A stretch of DNA of 64,000 bases from Bacteroidaceae bacterium. Its GTDB lineage: Bacteria; Bacteroidota; Bacteroidia; Bacteroidales; Bacteroidaceae. The notes under the pieces are model-generated. The model was not told the origin of the DNA. It saw nothing but the letters and a program-made list of their open reading frames with translations, and did no database searches. The DNA is taken from the NCBI GenBank assembly GCA_045606445.1, contig JAZURY010000025.1:12982-76981 (forward strand). Direction: 5' to 3'. Made by a program: the position numbers and the translations under genes. The first letter of the stretch is position 1; each line of letters starts with the position of its first letter. Shown piece after piece: positions 54,506 through 64,000 of the stretch.

Positions 54506-55096
54506 ATGGTAGCATACTTAGATTTCTTCGTTTCCCTCCTGGGAATACTTTATCTCTGGTGGGAGTATCGTGCCCACTGGATGGTGTGGGTGGCAGGCAT
54601 CATCATGCCCGCCATCGACGTGTATCTTTACTATGAGGTGGGCCTGTATGGCGATATGTCCATCTCTGTCTATTACCTTCTGGCAGCCTTCTATGGCCTG
54701 CTCCTGTGGACCATGCCCGGATATGGCAAGCGAGTGAAGACCTCCTCCGGCAAGGAAGTCCTTGCCATCACCAGCATGCCCCTGCGTGTGGCATTGTGGC
54801 TGGCCGTGGCTTTCCTGCTGATATGGGCCGGCACGTGGTGGTTCTTGGACAGGTACACCAACTCCACCGTGCCCGTGCAGGATGCCCTCACCAATGCCAT
54901 CTCCATTGTGGCCATGTGGGCCATGGCAAAGAAGTATCTGCAGCAGTGGTGGCTCTGGTTCGTGGTGAACATCATTGATGTCTACCTGCTTGCCTACAAG
55001 GGGCTCCCTTTCAAGGCCGGCATCCATGTGGCCTACACCGTCTTTGCCGTCCTCGGTTACCTGAGGTGGCGGAGGATGATGAGCGCCGGGAAATGA
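54506..55096 (+). CDS. pnuT: PnuC-family transporter, PnuT (thiamine) type by context
   Basis: About 7 TM helices. WWLWFVVNIIDVYL (the PnuC WxxWxxxN motif). Sits in a TPP-riboswitch operon with a TonB-dependent receptor. Confidence 0.75.
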   Translation: MVAYLDFFVSLLGILYLWWEYRAHWMVWVAGIIMPAIDVYLYYEVGLYGDMSISVYYLLAAFYGLLLWTMPGYGKRVKTSSGKEVLAITSMPLRVALWLAVAFLLIWAGTWWFLDRYTNSTVPVQDALTNAISIVAMWAMAKKYLQQWWLWFVVNIIDVYLLAYKGLPFKAGIHVAYTVFAVLGYLRWRRMMSAGK

Positions 55097-55191
55097 TGCC
55101 TCTCCCGCAATACTGCCCGCTTTTTCGCCATATTTTGCCCTTGAGGATGAATTATTTTGCGGGGAATGCGTAGTTTTTCGGAATTTTGTTG

Positions 55192-55199
55192 TACCTTTG
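55192..55199 (+). promoter_or_regulatory. -7 promoter box TACCTTTG upstream of rpsL
   Basis: GTTGTACCTTTGCAACC lies 80 bp before the rpsL ATG. Confidence 0.45.
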
Positions 55200-55278
55200 C
55201 AACCCGAATGGGCATACTGTGCCCCTCCTTATCGTATATACATAATTAATATATATAACAAATAAAAAATTAAACAAA

Positions 55279-55662
55279 ATGCCTACAATTCAACAATTGG
55301 TAAGAAAAGGCCGTGCGGTGATGGTAGACAAGAGCAAGAGCCCCGCTCTGGACAGCTGTCCTCAGCGTCGTGGTGTCTGCGTTCGTGTTTACACTACCAC
55401 ACCTAAGAAGCCTAACTCAGCTATGCGTAAGGTAGCTCGTGTGCGTCTGACAAACTCTAAGGAGGTAAACTGCTACATTCCCGGTGAGGGTCACAACCTG
55501 CAGGAGCACAGTATCGTCCTCGTTCGCGGTGGTCGTGTAAAGGACCTGCCCGGTGTACGTTATCACGTTGTACGTGGTACTCTGGATACCGCAGGTGTTG
55601 CAAACCGCACACAGCGTCGTTCAAAGTACGGTGCAAAGCGCCCCAAGGCTGCTAAGAAGTAA
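55279..55662 (+). CDS. rpsL: 30S ribosomal protein S12
   Basis: [12 protein letters not shown]... and [18 protein letters not shown]. Confidence 0.97.
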   Translation: MPTIQQLVRKGRAVMVDKSKSPALDSCPQRRGVCVRVYTTTPKKPNSAMRKVARVRLTNSKEVNCYIPGEGHNLQEHSIVLVRGGRVKDLPGVRYHVVRGTLDTAGVANRTQRRSKYGAKRPKAAKK

Positions 55663-55812
55663 TCTCCGGCAGAACAACGGTTCCGCGGAGTTCAAGTAAT
55701 TAAAGAACAACCGTTTTGGTGTTGCAGACAGTGTCCTGAGTAAACCCTGCAGCGGCAGGAGTTGAAGAAGAAGTACAAGATGCAAACCTGAACACAAAAC
55801 AAGAAGAAGAAA

Positions 55813-56289
55813 ATGCGTAAAGCTAAACCAAAGAAGAGAGTTATCCTTCCCGATCCCAAGTTCGGCGATGTGAAGGTTTCAAAGTTCGTTAATCACCTGA
55901 TGTACGATGGCAAGAAGAGCATCTCATACGATATCTTCTACAACGCCCTCGAGATCGTAGCCACCAAGATGCAGAGCGAGGAGAAGCCCGCACTGCAGAT
56001 CTGGAAGGAGGCTCTGGACAAGATTACTCCCCAGGTGGAGGTTAAGAGCCGCCGTATCGGTGGTGCTACCTTCCAGGTGCCCACAGAAATCCGTCCCGAC
56101 CGCAAGGAGAGCGTGAGCATGAAGAATATGATCCTGTACGCCCGCAAGCGTGGTGGCAAGACCATGGCCGACAAGCTGGCTGCCGAGATTCAGGACGCTT
56201 ACAACGAGCAGGGCGGTGCCTTCAAGCGTAAGGAGGACATGCACCGTATGGCCGAGGCTAACCGTGCATTCGCTCACTTCCGTTTCTAA
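55813..56289 (+). CDS. rpsG: 30S ribosomal protein S7
   Basis: [23 protein letters not shown] and the C-terminal ANRAFAHFR(F). Confidence 0.97.
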   Translation: MRKAKPKKRVILPDPKFGDVKVSKFVNHLMYDGKKSISYDIFYNALEIVATKMQSEEKPALQIWKEALDKITPQVEVKSRRIGGATFQVPTEIRPDRKESVSMKNMILYARKRGGKTMADKLAAEIQDAYNEQGGAFKRKEDMHRMAEANRAFAHFRF

Positions 56290-56322
56290 AATAAATCCAT
56301 CACTTAAACAGTTTACGACACA

Positions 56323-58440
56323 ATGGCAAAGCAAGATCTGCATTTGACTCGTAATTTCGGTATCATGGCCCACATCGATGCCGGTAAGACAACTACCAGT
56401 GAGCGTATCCTCTTCTACACCGGTAAGACACACAAGATCGGTGAGACCCATGACGGTTCTGCCACCATGGACTGGATGGCTCAGGAGCAGGAGCGTGGTA
56501 TTACCATCACCTCTGCCGCTACTACTGCTTACTGGACCTGCAAGGGCAACAAGTACAAGTTCAACCTGATCGATACTCCGGGACACGTGGACTTCACTGC
56601 TGAGGTAGAGCGTTCTCTCCGTGTACTGGACGGTGCGGTTGCAACATACTGTGCAGTAGGTGGTGTTGAGCCTCAGTCTGAGACCGTATGGCGCCAGGCT
56701 GACAAGTACAACGTTCCCCGTATCGGTTATGTAAACAAGATGGACCGTTCAGGTGCTGACTTCTATGAGGTTGTGCGCCAGATGAAGGAGGTTCTGGGTG
56801 CTACTCCTTGCGTGGTGGCTCTGCCCATCGGTGCAGAGGAGACTTTCAAGGGTATCGTAGACCTCATCAAGATGAAGGCCATCCTGTGGCACGACGAGAC
56901 CATGGGCGCTGAGTACAGCCTCGAGGATATTCCTGCCGACATGCTCGCTGAGTGCGAGGAGTGGCGCGGCAAGATGATCGAGCTGGCTGCTGAGCAGGAC
57001 GACACTCTGATGGAGAAGTACTTCGAGGATCCCGAAAGCCTGAGCGAGGAGGAGATCGTAGCCGCTATCCGTAAGGGTACTCTGAACCTGGACATCGTTC
57101 CCATGACCTGCGGTTCTTCATTCAAGAACAAGGGTGTACAGACCCTGCTCGACTATGTCTGCATGTTCCTTCCCTCTCCCCTGGATACTCCCAGCATCGT
57201 GGGTACCAACCCCGAGACCGGCGAGGAGGAGTCACGCAAGCCCAGCGAGGACGAGAAGACCGCCGCTCTGGCGTTCAAGATCGCTACCGATCCATACGTA
57301 GGTCGTCTGACCTTCTTCCGTGTTTACTCTGGTAAGGTTGAGGCTGGTTCATACATCTACAACGTACGCTCTGGCAAGAAGGAGCGCGTGAGCCGTCTGT
57401 TCCAGATGCACTCAAACAGCCAGAATCCCGTAGAATGCATCGCTGCTGGTGATATAGGTGCCGGTGTAGGTTTCAAGGATATCCACACTGGTGATACTCT
57501 TGCCGAGGAAGGCGCACCCATCGTTCTGGAATCTATGGACTTCCCCGATCCCGTTATCGGTATCGCCGTAGAGCCCAAGACCCAGAAGGACCTGGACAAG
57601 CTGAGCATCGGTTTGCAGAAGTTGGCTGAAGAGGATCCCACCTTCACCGTGAAGACCGACGAGCAGAGCGGCCAGACCGTTATCTCCGGTATGGGTGAGT
57701 TGCACTTGGATATCATCATCGACCGTCTGAAGCGCGAGTTCAAGGTAGAGTGTAACCAGGGTAAGCCCCAGGTTAACTACAAGGAGGCTATCACCGCTAC
57801 CGTTAACCACCGTGAGGTTTACAAGAAGCAGTCTGGTGGTCGCGGTAAGTTCGCTGACATCATCGTCAACGTTGGTCCCCGCGACGAGGACTACAACGAG
57901 ACTCCCCTGCAGTTCGTCAACAGCGTTACCGGTGGTAACATTCCCAAGGAATTCATCCCCAGCGTACAGAAGGGCTTTGATGCAGCCATGAAGAATGGTG
58001 TGCTCGGTGGTTTCCCCATGGACAGCCTGAAGGTAGAGCTCGTGGACGGTTCATTCCACCCCGTTGACTCTGACCAGCTGTCATTCGAAATCGCTGCCCA
58101 GATGGCTTACAAGGCATGCTGCGCCAAGGCCAAGCCCGTACTGATGGAGCCCATCATGAAGCTCGAGGTAGTTACTCCCGAGGAGAACATGGGTGACGTT
58201 ATCGGTGACTTGAACAAGCGCCGCGGTCAGGTAGAGGGTATGGACACAACCCGTACCGGTGCACGTCTGGTGAAGGCTATGGTACCCCTGGCAGAGATGT
58301 TCGGTTATGTAACCGCTCTGCGTACCATCACCTCTGGTCGCGCTACCAGCTCTATGACCTATGACCACCATGCTCCCGTGAGCACCGGTGTTGCCAAGGC
58401 TGTACTTGAGGAGATGAAGGGTCGTGCCGACCTGCTCTAA
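56323..58440 (+). CDS. fusA: Elongation factor G
   Basis: [34 protein letters not shown] and NKMDR GTPase motifs. 705 aa. Confidence 0.97.
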   Translation: MAKQDLHLTRNFGIMAHIDAGKTTTSERILFYTGKTHKIGETHDGSATMDWMAQEQERGITITSAATTAYWTCKGNKYKFNLIDTPGHVDFTAEVERSLRVLDGAVATYCAVGGVEPQSETVWRQADKYNVPRIGYVNKMDRSGADFYEVVRQMKEVLGATPCVVALPIGAEETFKGIVDLIKMKAILWHDETMGAEYSLEDIPADMLAECEEWRGKMIELAAEQDDTLMEKYFEDPESLSEEEIVAAIRKGTLNLDIVPMTCGSSFKNKGVQTLLDYVCMFLPSPLDTPSIVGTNPETGEEESRKPSEDEKTAALAFKIATDPYVGRLTFFRVYSGKVEAGSYIYNVRSGKKERVSRLFQMHSNSQNPVECIAAGDIGAGVGFKDIHTGDTLAEEGAPIVLESMDFPDPVIGIAVEPKTQKDLDKLSIGLQKLAEEDPTFTVKTDEQSGQTVISGMGELHLDIIIDRLKREFKVECNQGKPQVNYKEAITATVNHREVYKKQSGGRGKFADIIVNVGPRDEDYNETPLQFVNSVTGGNIPKEFIPSVQKGFDAAMKNGVLGGFPMDSLKVELVDGSFHPVDSDQLSFEIAAQMAYKACCAKAKPVLMEPIMKLEVVTPEENMGDVIGDLNKRRGQVEGMDTTRTGARLVKAMVPLAEMFGYVTALRTITSGRATSSMTYDHHAPVSTGVAKAVLEEMKGRADLL

Positions 58441-58555
58441 TCCCGCAGGCGAGATAGCCCTATAAGCAAACAAGGTTAAGGCAAGGAGCAACTGTTAGCA
58501 AACGACTCTTAATGGTTGTTCCTACCTTATTAATAATAATAAAGAAATAAAAGTA

Positions 58556-58861
58556 ATGAGTCAGAAAATTCGTATTAAGCTGAAGAGCTACGACCACATG
58601 CTCGTAGACAAGAGTGCAGAGAAGATCGTTAAGACCGTTAAGGTAACAGGTGCCGTTGTATCTGGTCCTATACCCCTGCCCACTCACAAGCGTATCTTCA
58701 CCGTAAACCGCTCAACCTTCGTTAACAAGAAGAGCCGTGAGCAGTTCCAGTTGTGCGCATACAAGCGCCTGATCGACATCTACTCAAGCAACGAGAAGAC
58801 CGTCGACGCTCTGATGAAACTGGAGTTGCCCAGCGGTGTAGAGGTAGAGATCAAGGTGTAA
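58556..58861 (+). CDS. rpsJ: 30S ribosomal protein S10
   Basis: [23 protein letters not shown]. Confidence 0.97.
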   Translation: MSQKIRIKLKSYDHMLVDKSAEKIVKTVKVTGAVVSGPIPLPTHKRIFTVNRSTFVNKKSREQFQLCAYKRLIDIYSSNEKTVDALMKLELPSGVEVEIKV

Positions 58862-58895
58862 TACCCCTCTGCAAGCATGTTTGACAACATAAAAG

Positions 58896-58925
58896 GCCCT
58901 CGTGAGAACATCATGAGGGCTTTTT
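58896..58925 (+). terminator. Intrinsic terminator after rpsJ
   Basis: GCCCTCGTGA-GAACA-TCATGAGGGC followed by TTTTT. Confidence 0.7.
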
Positions 58926-59013
58926 AGTGCCCTTTTGGGTGTTAAAACGCCCTTTTTCGCCATATTCAGTGCAATATTTCGTATAAACTCTTGTGTATTA
59001 AAGCAAAAATACG

Positions 59014-59021
59014 TAACTTTG
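59014..59021 (+). promoter_or_regulatory. -7 promoter box TAACTTTG upstream of rplC
   Basis: ACGTAACTTTGCAC. TTG lies 20 nt upstream (58991-58993). Confidence 0.45.
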
Positions 59022-59075
59022 CACTCGAAAAGGAAAAGAATGCGCTGACCTGCGGGTTATCAGACTTTCCAGGAA

Positions 59076-59104
59076 AGAACGCCTATGGTGGCGGTTCTCT
59101 TTTT
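59076..59104 (+). promoter_or_regulatory. Terminator-like hairpin inside the rplC leader (candidate attenuator)
   Basis: AGAACGCC-TATGGT-GGCGGTTCT followed by CTTTTTG, about 85 nt before the rplC ATG. Confidence 0.4.
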
Positions 59105-59189
59105 GTGTGCCTACAGGTAGGCTTCGCGAAAGGGAATGAGAATGAGAAAGAATAAACAAATTAACAACAAATTATTTAATTAAACTGAA

Positions 59190-59807
59190 ATGCCAGGATT
59201 ATTAGGAAAGAAAATCGGAATGACATCCGTTTTCAGTGCCGACGGTAAGAATGTACCGTGCACTGTTATCGAAGTTGGTCCTTGCGTGGTTACTCAGATT
59301 AAGACCGTTGAGAAGGACGGCTACGCAGCTGTTCAGCTCGGTTACGAAGAGGCAAAGGAGAAGAATACATCTGCTCCCTTGGCCGGTCACTTCAAGAAGG
59401 CTGGTACCACCCCCAAGCGCCACTTGGCTGAGTTCACAGATTTTGAGGGTGAGCTGAACCTCGGTGATTCAATTACCGTAGAGCTCTTCTCAGACTGCTC
59501 CTTTGTTGATGTAGTGGGTACATCCAAGGGTAAGGGTTTCCAGGGCGTTGTGAAGCGTCATGGTTTCGGTGGTGTAGGTCAGTCTACACACGGTCAGGAC
59601 GACCGTCTGCGTAAGCCCGGTTCTATCGGTGCTTGTTCTTATCCCGCAAAGGTGTTCAAGGGCATGCGCATGGGTGGTCAGATGGGTAACGAGCGTGTTA
59701 CCACTCACAACCTGCAGGTGTTAAAGGTTATTCCCGAGCACAACCTCCTTCTCATCAAGGGTAGTGTTCCCGGATACAAAGGTTCAATCGTTAGCATAGT
59801 AAAGTAA
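59190..59807 (+). CDS. rplC: 50S ribosomal protein L3
   Basis: [15 protein letters not shown] and [13 protein letters not shown]. Confidence 0.97.
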   Translation: MPGLLGKKIGMTSVFSADGKNVPCTVIEVGPCVVTQIKTVEKDGYAAVQLGYEEAKEKNTSAPLAGHFKKAGTTPKRHLAEFTDFEGELNLGDSITVELFSDCSFVDVVGTSKGKGFQGVVKRHGFGGVGQSTHGQDDRLRKPGSIGACSYPAKVFKGMRMGGQMGNERVTTHNLQVLKVIPEHNLLLIKGSVPGYKGSIVSIVK

Positions 59808-59808
59808 G

Positions 59809-60438
59809 ATGGAAGCAAGTGTATTGAATATCAAAGGTCAGGATACTGGCCGCAAGGTAGTACTCAATGATGCTATCTATGCTATAGAGCCCAACGATCA
59901 CGCAATCTATCTGGACGTCAAGCTGATTATGGCCAACAAGCGCCAGGGTACAGCCAAGACCAAGGAGAGAAGTGAAATGAGCGGTTCAACCCGCAAGCTC
60001 GGTCGCCAGAAGGGCGGTGGCGGTGCTCGCCGTGGTGATATCAACAGCCCCGTACTCGTAGGCGGTGCCCGTGTATTCGGCCCCCAGCCCCGCGACTATG
60101 GCTTCAAGCTGAACCAGAAGGTTCGCCAGTTGGCACGCCGTAGCGCTCTCGCATACAAGGCTCAGGAGAACGCAATCGTAGTTGTTGAAGACTTCACATT
60201 CGAGACTCCCAAGACAAAGTCTATGCTGGAGGTGTTAAATAATCTTAATATCGCAGGCAAGAAGACTCTCGTAGTTACCCCCGCTTCTGATAAAGGCGTA
60301 TATTTGTCTGCTCGTAATCTCCAGCGTGTTGCAACCATGCCCGCTGCTGCCCTGAATACCTATCAGGTTCTGAATGCAGACGTTATGGTTGTGGCAGAAA
60401 GCGCTCTGGCTGTTATCGAAGGTAACCTCACTAAGTAA
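59809..60438 (+). CDS. rplD: 50S ribosomal protein L4
   Basis: [32 protein letters not shown]. Confidence 0.95.
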   Translation: MEASVLNIKGQDTGRKVVLNDAIYAIEPNDHAIYLDVKLIMANKRQGTAKTKERSEMSGSTRKLGRQKGGGGARRGDINSPVLVGGARVFGPQPRDYGFKLNQKVRQLARRSALAYKAQENAIVVVEDFTFETPKTKSMLEVLNNLNIAGKKTLVVTPASDKGVYLSARNLQRVATMPAAALNTYQVLNADVMVVAESALAVIEGNLTK

Positions 60439-60456
60439 TAAAGACGTACAAGAACT

Positions 60457-60747
60457 ATGACATACATTATCAAACCTCTGGTCACTGAGAAGATGACTGG
60501 TATTACAGAGAAGCAGAATAAGTATGGCTTCGTGGTACGTCCTGAGGCAAACAAGATCGAGCTGAAGAAGGAGATCGAGTCTCGTTACAACGTAACCGTT
60601 ACCGATGTTAATACATGCGTGTACGCAGGTAAGAATAAGACTCGTTACACCAAGGCAGGTCTGCTGAAGGGTCGTACAAACGCCTTCAAGAAGGCAATCG
60701 TTACTCTGAAGGAGGGCGATGTAATTGATTTCTATAGCAATATTTAA
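60457..60747 (+). CDS. rplW: 50S ribosomal protein L23
   Basis: IKPLVTEK... and KKAIVTLKEGD. Confidence 0.95.
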   Translation: MTYIIKPLVTEKMTGITEKQNKYGFVVRPEANKIELKKEIESRYNVTVTDVNTCVYAGKNKTRYTKAGLLKGRTNAFKKAIVTLKEGDVIDFYSNI

Positions 60748-60754
60748 TTAAGAG

Positions 60755-61582
60755 ATGGCAGTACGTAAATTTAAGCCCACAACACCGGGCCAAAGACATA
60801 AGATTATAGGTACTTTCGAAGAGATTACTGCATCAGTACCTGAGAAGTCTCTCGTATGTGGTAAGAAGTCTACCGGCGGTCGTAACGTGACCGGTAAGAT
60901 GACTGTCCGCTATATCGGCGGTGGCCACAAGCAGAAGTATCGTTTCATCGACTTCAAGCGTGAGAAAGATGGTGTTCCAGCAGTCGTAAAGACAATCGAG
61001 TACGATCCCAACCGTTCTGCTCGTATCGCACTTCTTTACTATGCTGATGGTGAAAAGCGCTATATCATTGCTCCTAACGGACTGAAGGTAGGTGCTACCG
61101 TAATGAGCGGTGCAGACGCTGCTCCCGAGGTAGGTAACGCACTCCCCCTGCAGAATATCCCCGTAGGTACCGTGGTTCACAACATTGAGCTGCGTCCCGG
61201 TCAGGGCGGTATGCTGGTTCGTTCCGCAGGTAACTTCGCACAGCTGACCTCTCGTGAGGGACGTTACTGCGTGATCAAGTTGCCCTCTGGCGAGACACGT
61301 CAGATTCTGAGCGCATGTAAGGCTACTGTAGGTAGCGTAGGTAACAGCGACCACGCTCTGGAAAGCTCTGGTAAGGCAGGTCGCAGCCGTTGGTTGGGCC
61401 GTCGTCCTCACAACCGTGGCGTTGTCATGAATCCCCATGACCATCCCATGGGTGGTGGTGAAGGTCGTCAGTCAGGTGGCCATCCCCGTTCACGCACTGG
61501 TCTGTATGCTAAGGGTAAGAAGACACGCGCACCCAAGAAGCAGTCCAACAAGTATATCATTGAGAGAGCCAACAAGAAGTAA
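60755..61582 (+). CDS. rplB: 50S ribosomal protein L2
   Basis: [15 protein letters not shown] and [23 protein letters not shown]. Confidence 0.97.
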   Translation: MAVRKFKPTTPGQRHKIIGTFEEITASVPEKSLVCGKKSTGGRNVTGKMTVRYIGGGHKQKYRFIDFKREKDGVPAVVKTIEYDPNRSARIALLYYADGEKRYIIAPNGLKVGATVMSGADAAPEVGNALPLQNIPVGTVVHNIELRPGQGGMLVRSAGNFAQLTSREGRYCVIKLPSGETRQILSACKATVGSVGNSDHALESSGKAGRSRWLGRRPHNRGVVMNPHDHPMGGGEGRQSGGHPRSRTGLYAKGKKTRAPKKQSNKYIIERANKK

Positions 61583-61608
61583 TCAACGGAAGTTAACAGC
61601 GTAATATT

Positions 61609-61878
61609 ATGAGTCGTTCATTAAAGAAAGGTCCCTATATCGAAGTTAATCTTGAGAAGAAGGTTCTTGCCATGAATGAAAGCGGCAAGAAGAACGTAGT
61701 CAAGACCTGGGCTCGTGCTTCTATGATCTCTCCTGATTTCGTAGGACATACAGTAGCCGTGCACAACGGAAACAAATTCATTCCCGTTTACATTACCGAG
61801 AACATGGTAGGTCACAAGCTGGGCGAGTTCGCTCCCACCCGCAAGTTCGGCGGCCATGGCGATAAGAAGAAGAAGTAA
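61609..61878 (+). CDS. rpsS: 30S ribosomal protein S19
   Basis: [11 protein letters not shown] and [33 protein letters not shown]. Confidence 0.97.
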   Translation: MSRSLKKGPYIEVNLEKKVLAMNESGKKNVVKTWARASMISPDFVGHTVAVHNGNKFIPVYITENMVGHKLGEFAPTRKFGGHGDKKKK

Positions 61879-61914
61879 ACGGAACCAACAACTGGATAAA
61901 ATAAGAATAATATA

Positions 61915-62310
61915 ATGGGAAAAAGAAAAAGATTAGCTGCTGACGCAAGAAAGGAAGCACGCAAGGCCCAGAGTTTTGCCAAGTTGCAGAACGTTCCTTC
62001 TTCTCCCCGCAAGATGAGATACGTTGTTGATCTGGTTCGCGGAATGGAGGTGAACAGAGCCCTGGGTACATTGAAGTTCTGTGCCAAGGCTGCCAGCGCA
62101 GACGTGGAGAAGCTCCTCCGTTCTGCCATCGCTAACTGGGAACAGAAAAACGATCGCAAGGCAGAGGACGGAGAACTGTATATCTCTAAGATTTTTGTGA
62201 ACGAGGGTGCTACCCTCAAGCGTATGAGACCTGCTCCTCAGGGTCGTGGTTACAGAATCCGCAAGCGTTCTAACCACATCACCTTGTTCGTTGACACTAA
62301 GAATGATTAA
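61915..62310 (+). CDS. rplV: 50S ribosomal protein L22
   Basis: [14 protein letters not shown] and [26 protein letters not shown]. Confidence 0.95.
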   Translation: MGKRKRLAADARKEARKAQSFAKLQNVPSSPRKMRYVVDLVRGMEVNRALGTLKFCAKAASADVEKLLRSAIANWEQKNDRKAEDGELYISKIFVNEGATLKRMRPAPQGRGYRIRKRSNHITLFVDTKND

Positions 62311-62323
62311 TTAGAAAAGAAAC

Positions 62324-63055
62324 ATGGGACAGAAAGTTAATCCTATAAGCAACCGTCTCGGCATTGTCCGCGGTTGGGATTCAAATTGGTTTGGTGGCAA
62401 GAACTACGGCGACACTATCCTCGAGGACAGCAAGATCCGTAAGTATCTGAATGCCCGTCTTGGTGACGCCAGCATTTCACGCATTGTCATCGAACGCACA
62501 CTGAAGATGGTGACCATCACCGTGTGCACAGCCCGTCCAGGATTGATCATTGGCAAGGGTGGTGAAAAGGTTGACAAGCTCAAGGAAGAGTTGAAGAAGG
62601 TAACCGACAAGGACATCCAGATCAACATCTTCGAGGTTAAGAAGCCCGAGTTGGACGCAACTATCGTAGCAAACAACATTGCACGTCAGGTTGAAGGTAA
62701 GATCGCTTACCGTCGCGCCATCAAGATGGCTATCGCAAATTCAATGCGTGCCGGTGCCGAGGGTATCAAGGTTCTCATCAGCGGTCGTCTGAACGGTGCT
62801 GAAATCGCACGTTCCGAGATGTTCAAGGAAGGCCGTACTCCCCTGCACACTCTGCGTGCCGACATCGACTACTGCCATACAGAGGCTCTGACCAAGGTTG
62901 GTCTGCTCGGCATCAAGGTATGGATCTGCCGCGGAGAGGTATATGGCAAGAAGGACTTGGCTCCCAACTTCACTCAGGCTAAGGAGCAGGGTCGTGGTTT
63001 CGGTGGCAACGGCGGTGGCAAGAACTTCCGTCGCAAGAAGAACAACAACCGTTAA
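62324..63055 (+). CDS. rpsC: 30S ribosomal protein S3
   Basis: [13 protein letters not shown] and [12 protein letters not shown]. Confidence 0.97.
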   Translation: MGQKVNPISNRLGIVRGWDSNWFGGKNYGDTILEDSKIRKYLNARLGDASISRIVIERTLKMVTITVCTARPGLIIGKGGEKVDKLKEELKKVTDKDIQINIFEVKKPELDATIVANNIARQVEGKIAYRRAIKMAIANSMRAGAEGIKVLISGRLNGAEIARSEMFKEGRTPLHTLRADIDYCHTEALTKVGLLGIKVWICRGEVYGKKDLAPNFTQAKEQGRGFGGNGGGKNFRRKKNNNR

Positions 63056-63068
63056 AAACTGAATTAAA

Positions 63069-63494
63069 ATGTTACAACCAAAAAGAACTAAATACAGAAG
63101 GCCACAAAAGAATCACCGCAAGGGTAATGCAATGCGTGGCAATCAGTTGGCATTCGGTAGCTTTGGTATCAAGTCATTGGAAACACGTTGGATTACAGCA
63201 CGCCAGATCGAGGCAGCTCGTGTGGCAATGACACGTTACATGCAGCGTGAGGGTCAGAGCTGGATTCGTATCTTCCCTGACAAGCCTATCACCAAGAAGC
63301 CCGCTGACGTACGTATGGGTAAGGGTAAGGGTGACCCCGTAGGATTTGTGTTCCCCATTACCCCCGGACGTATAATTTTCGAGATTGAAGGTGTAAGTTA
63401 CGAAATCGCGAAGGAGGCTCTTCGTCTTGCAGCTCAGAAGTTGCCCGTGACCACCAAGTTTATTGTTAGACGTGATTACGACAAAAACGCATAA
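63069..63494 (+). CDS. rplP: 50S ribosomal protein L16
   Basis: [14 protein letters not shown] and RMGKGKGDP. Confidence 0.97.
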   Translation: MLQPKRTKYRRPQKNHRKGNAMRGNQLAFGSFGIKSLETRWITARQIEAARVAMTRYMQREGQSWIRIFPDKPITKKPADVRMGKGKGDPVGFVFPITPGRIIFEIEGVSYEIAKEALRLAAQKLPVTTKFIVRRDYDKNA

Positions 63495-63496
63495 TA

Positions 63497-63691
63497 ATGA
63501 AGATTGCAGAAATTAATGCGATGAGCGCTTCTGAACTTGCAGAGCGCATCGCCGTAGAGGTTGCCAACTATGATCAGATGAAGTTGAATCATGCCGTTGC
63601 TCCTCTGGAAAACAACTCTCAGATTAAGGCCGCTCGTCGTAACATCGCCCGCATGAAGACGGTGCTCCGCCAGAAAGAGTCAAACAAGTAA
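63497..63691 (+). CDS. rpmC: 50S ribosomal protein L29
   Basis: 64 aa. Position between rplP and rpsQ. The pattern ...IKAARRNIARMKTVL fits. Confidence 0.9.
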   Translation: MKIAEINAMSASELAERIAVEVANYDQMKLNHAVAPLENNSQIKAARRNIARMKTVLRQKESNK

Positions 63692-63707
63692 ATAGGTACT
63701 TCAAGAT

Positions 63708-63965
63708 ATGGAAGCAAGAAATTTAAGAAAAACTCGTATGGGTGTCGTGGTAAGCGACAAGATGGACAAGACCATCGTGGTTGCTGCCAAGTTCAAGGAG
63801 AAGCACCCTATTTATGGTAAGTTCGTTGCGAAGACGAAGAAGTACCATGCACATGACGAGAAGAACGATTGCCACAAGGGTGACACCGTTCTGATTATGG
63901 AAACTCGTCCTCTGAGCAAGACCAAGAGATGGAGAGTAGTAGAAATCGTAGAAAGAGCTAAGTAA
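63708..63965 (+). CDS. rpsQ: 30S ribosomal protein S17
   Basis: [19 protein letters not shown] and [25 protein letters not shown]. Confidence 0.95.
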   Translation: MEARNLRKTRMGVVVSDKMDKTIVVAAKFKEKHPIYGKFVAKTKKYHAHDEKNDCHKGDTVLIMETRPLSKTKRWRVVEIVERAK

Positions 63966-63967
63966 AA

Positions 63968-64000
63968 ATGATACAGGCAGAATCTAGATTAGTAGTAGCA
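63968..64000 (+). CDS. rplN: 50S ribosomal protein L14, 5' end only (runs off window)
   Basis: ATG 63968 encodes MIQAESRLVVA, the L14 N-terminus, in the expected position after rpsQ. Confidence 0.8.
   Translation, partial: MIQAESRLVVA

Overview
This is a chromosomal window from a Bacteroidota genome, order Bacteroidales, possibly Prevotellaceae-like. That placement is inferred only from sequence features: TAnnTTTG -7 promoter boxes, a T9SS C-terminal sorting domain, type V (FimA/Mfa-like) pilus operons, an argF'-type carbamoyltransferase, and the str-operon order rpsL-rpsG-fusA-rpsJ. No database search was possible.

Layout:
(1) 1-13 kb is an accessory, compositionally patchy block. It holds BspA-type LRR genes, a K-channel-like protein, orphan and very acidic ORFs, gene remnants, a 22-bp iteron-like array, a 59-bp direct repeat pair, a 5'(3')-deoxyribonucleotidase, and two mirror-image DUF3791-DUF3990-DUF3791 triads. 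No integrase, transposase or relaxase is recognisable.
(2) 13-22.3 kb is an arginine/proline biosynthesis cluster: argR, GNAT, argG, pspC-like, argC, argD, proC, proB, proA, argF'. Its intergenic spacers are filled with 7-9-bp tandem arrays and REP-like hairpins.
(3) 22.5-25.8 kb is a T9SS-sorted GH33 sialidase.
(4) 26.5-35.9 kb and 40.4-50.9 kb are two paralogous type V pilus-like operons. Each is preceded by a conserved motif containing a G8 or G9 tract. The second ends in a chimeric fimbrillin / beta-helix / Listeria-Bacteroides-repeat protein. Between them lie glycerate kinase, a FISUMP-like secreted protein and a membrane-embedded AraC-type regulator.
(5) 51.3-55.1 kb is a TPP-riboswitch-controlled thiamine uptake operon (TonB-dependent receptor plus PnuT). 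It is interrupted by a four-helix-bundle (23S-IVS/Avd-family) gene bracketed by inverted arrays of 7-8-bp repeats.
(6) 55.3-64 kb holds the str and S10/spc ribosomal protein operons.

The best candidates for something new are:
- the repeat-bracketed four-helix-bundle cassette and its apparent empty-site relatives
- the poly-G-containing control motif shared by the two pilus operons
- the chimeric pilus tip protein
- the mirrored DUF3791/DUF3990 modules
- the repeat-delimited orphan-gene block

All functional calls rest on by-eye motif recognition and need homology or structure searches.
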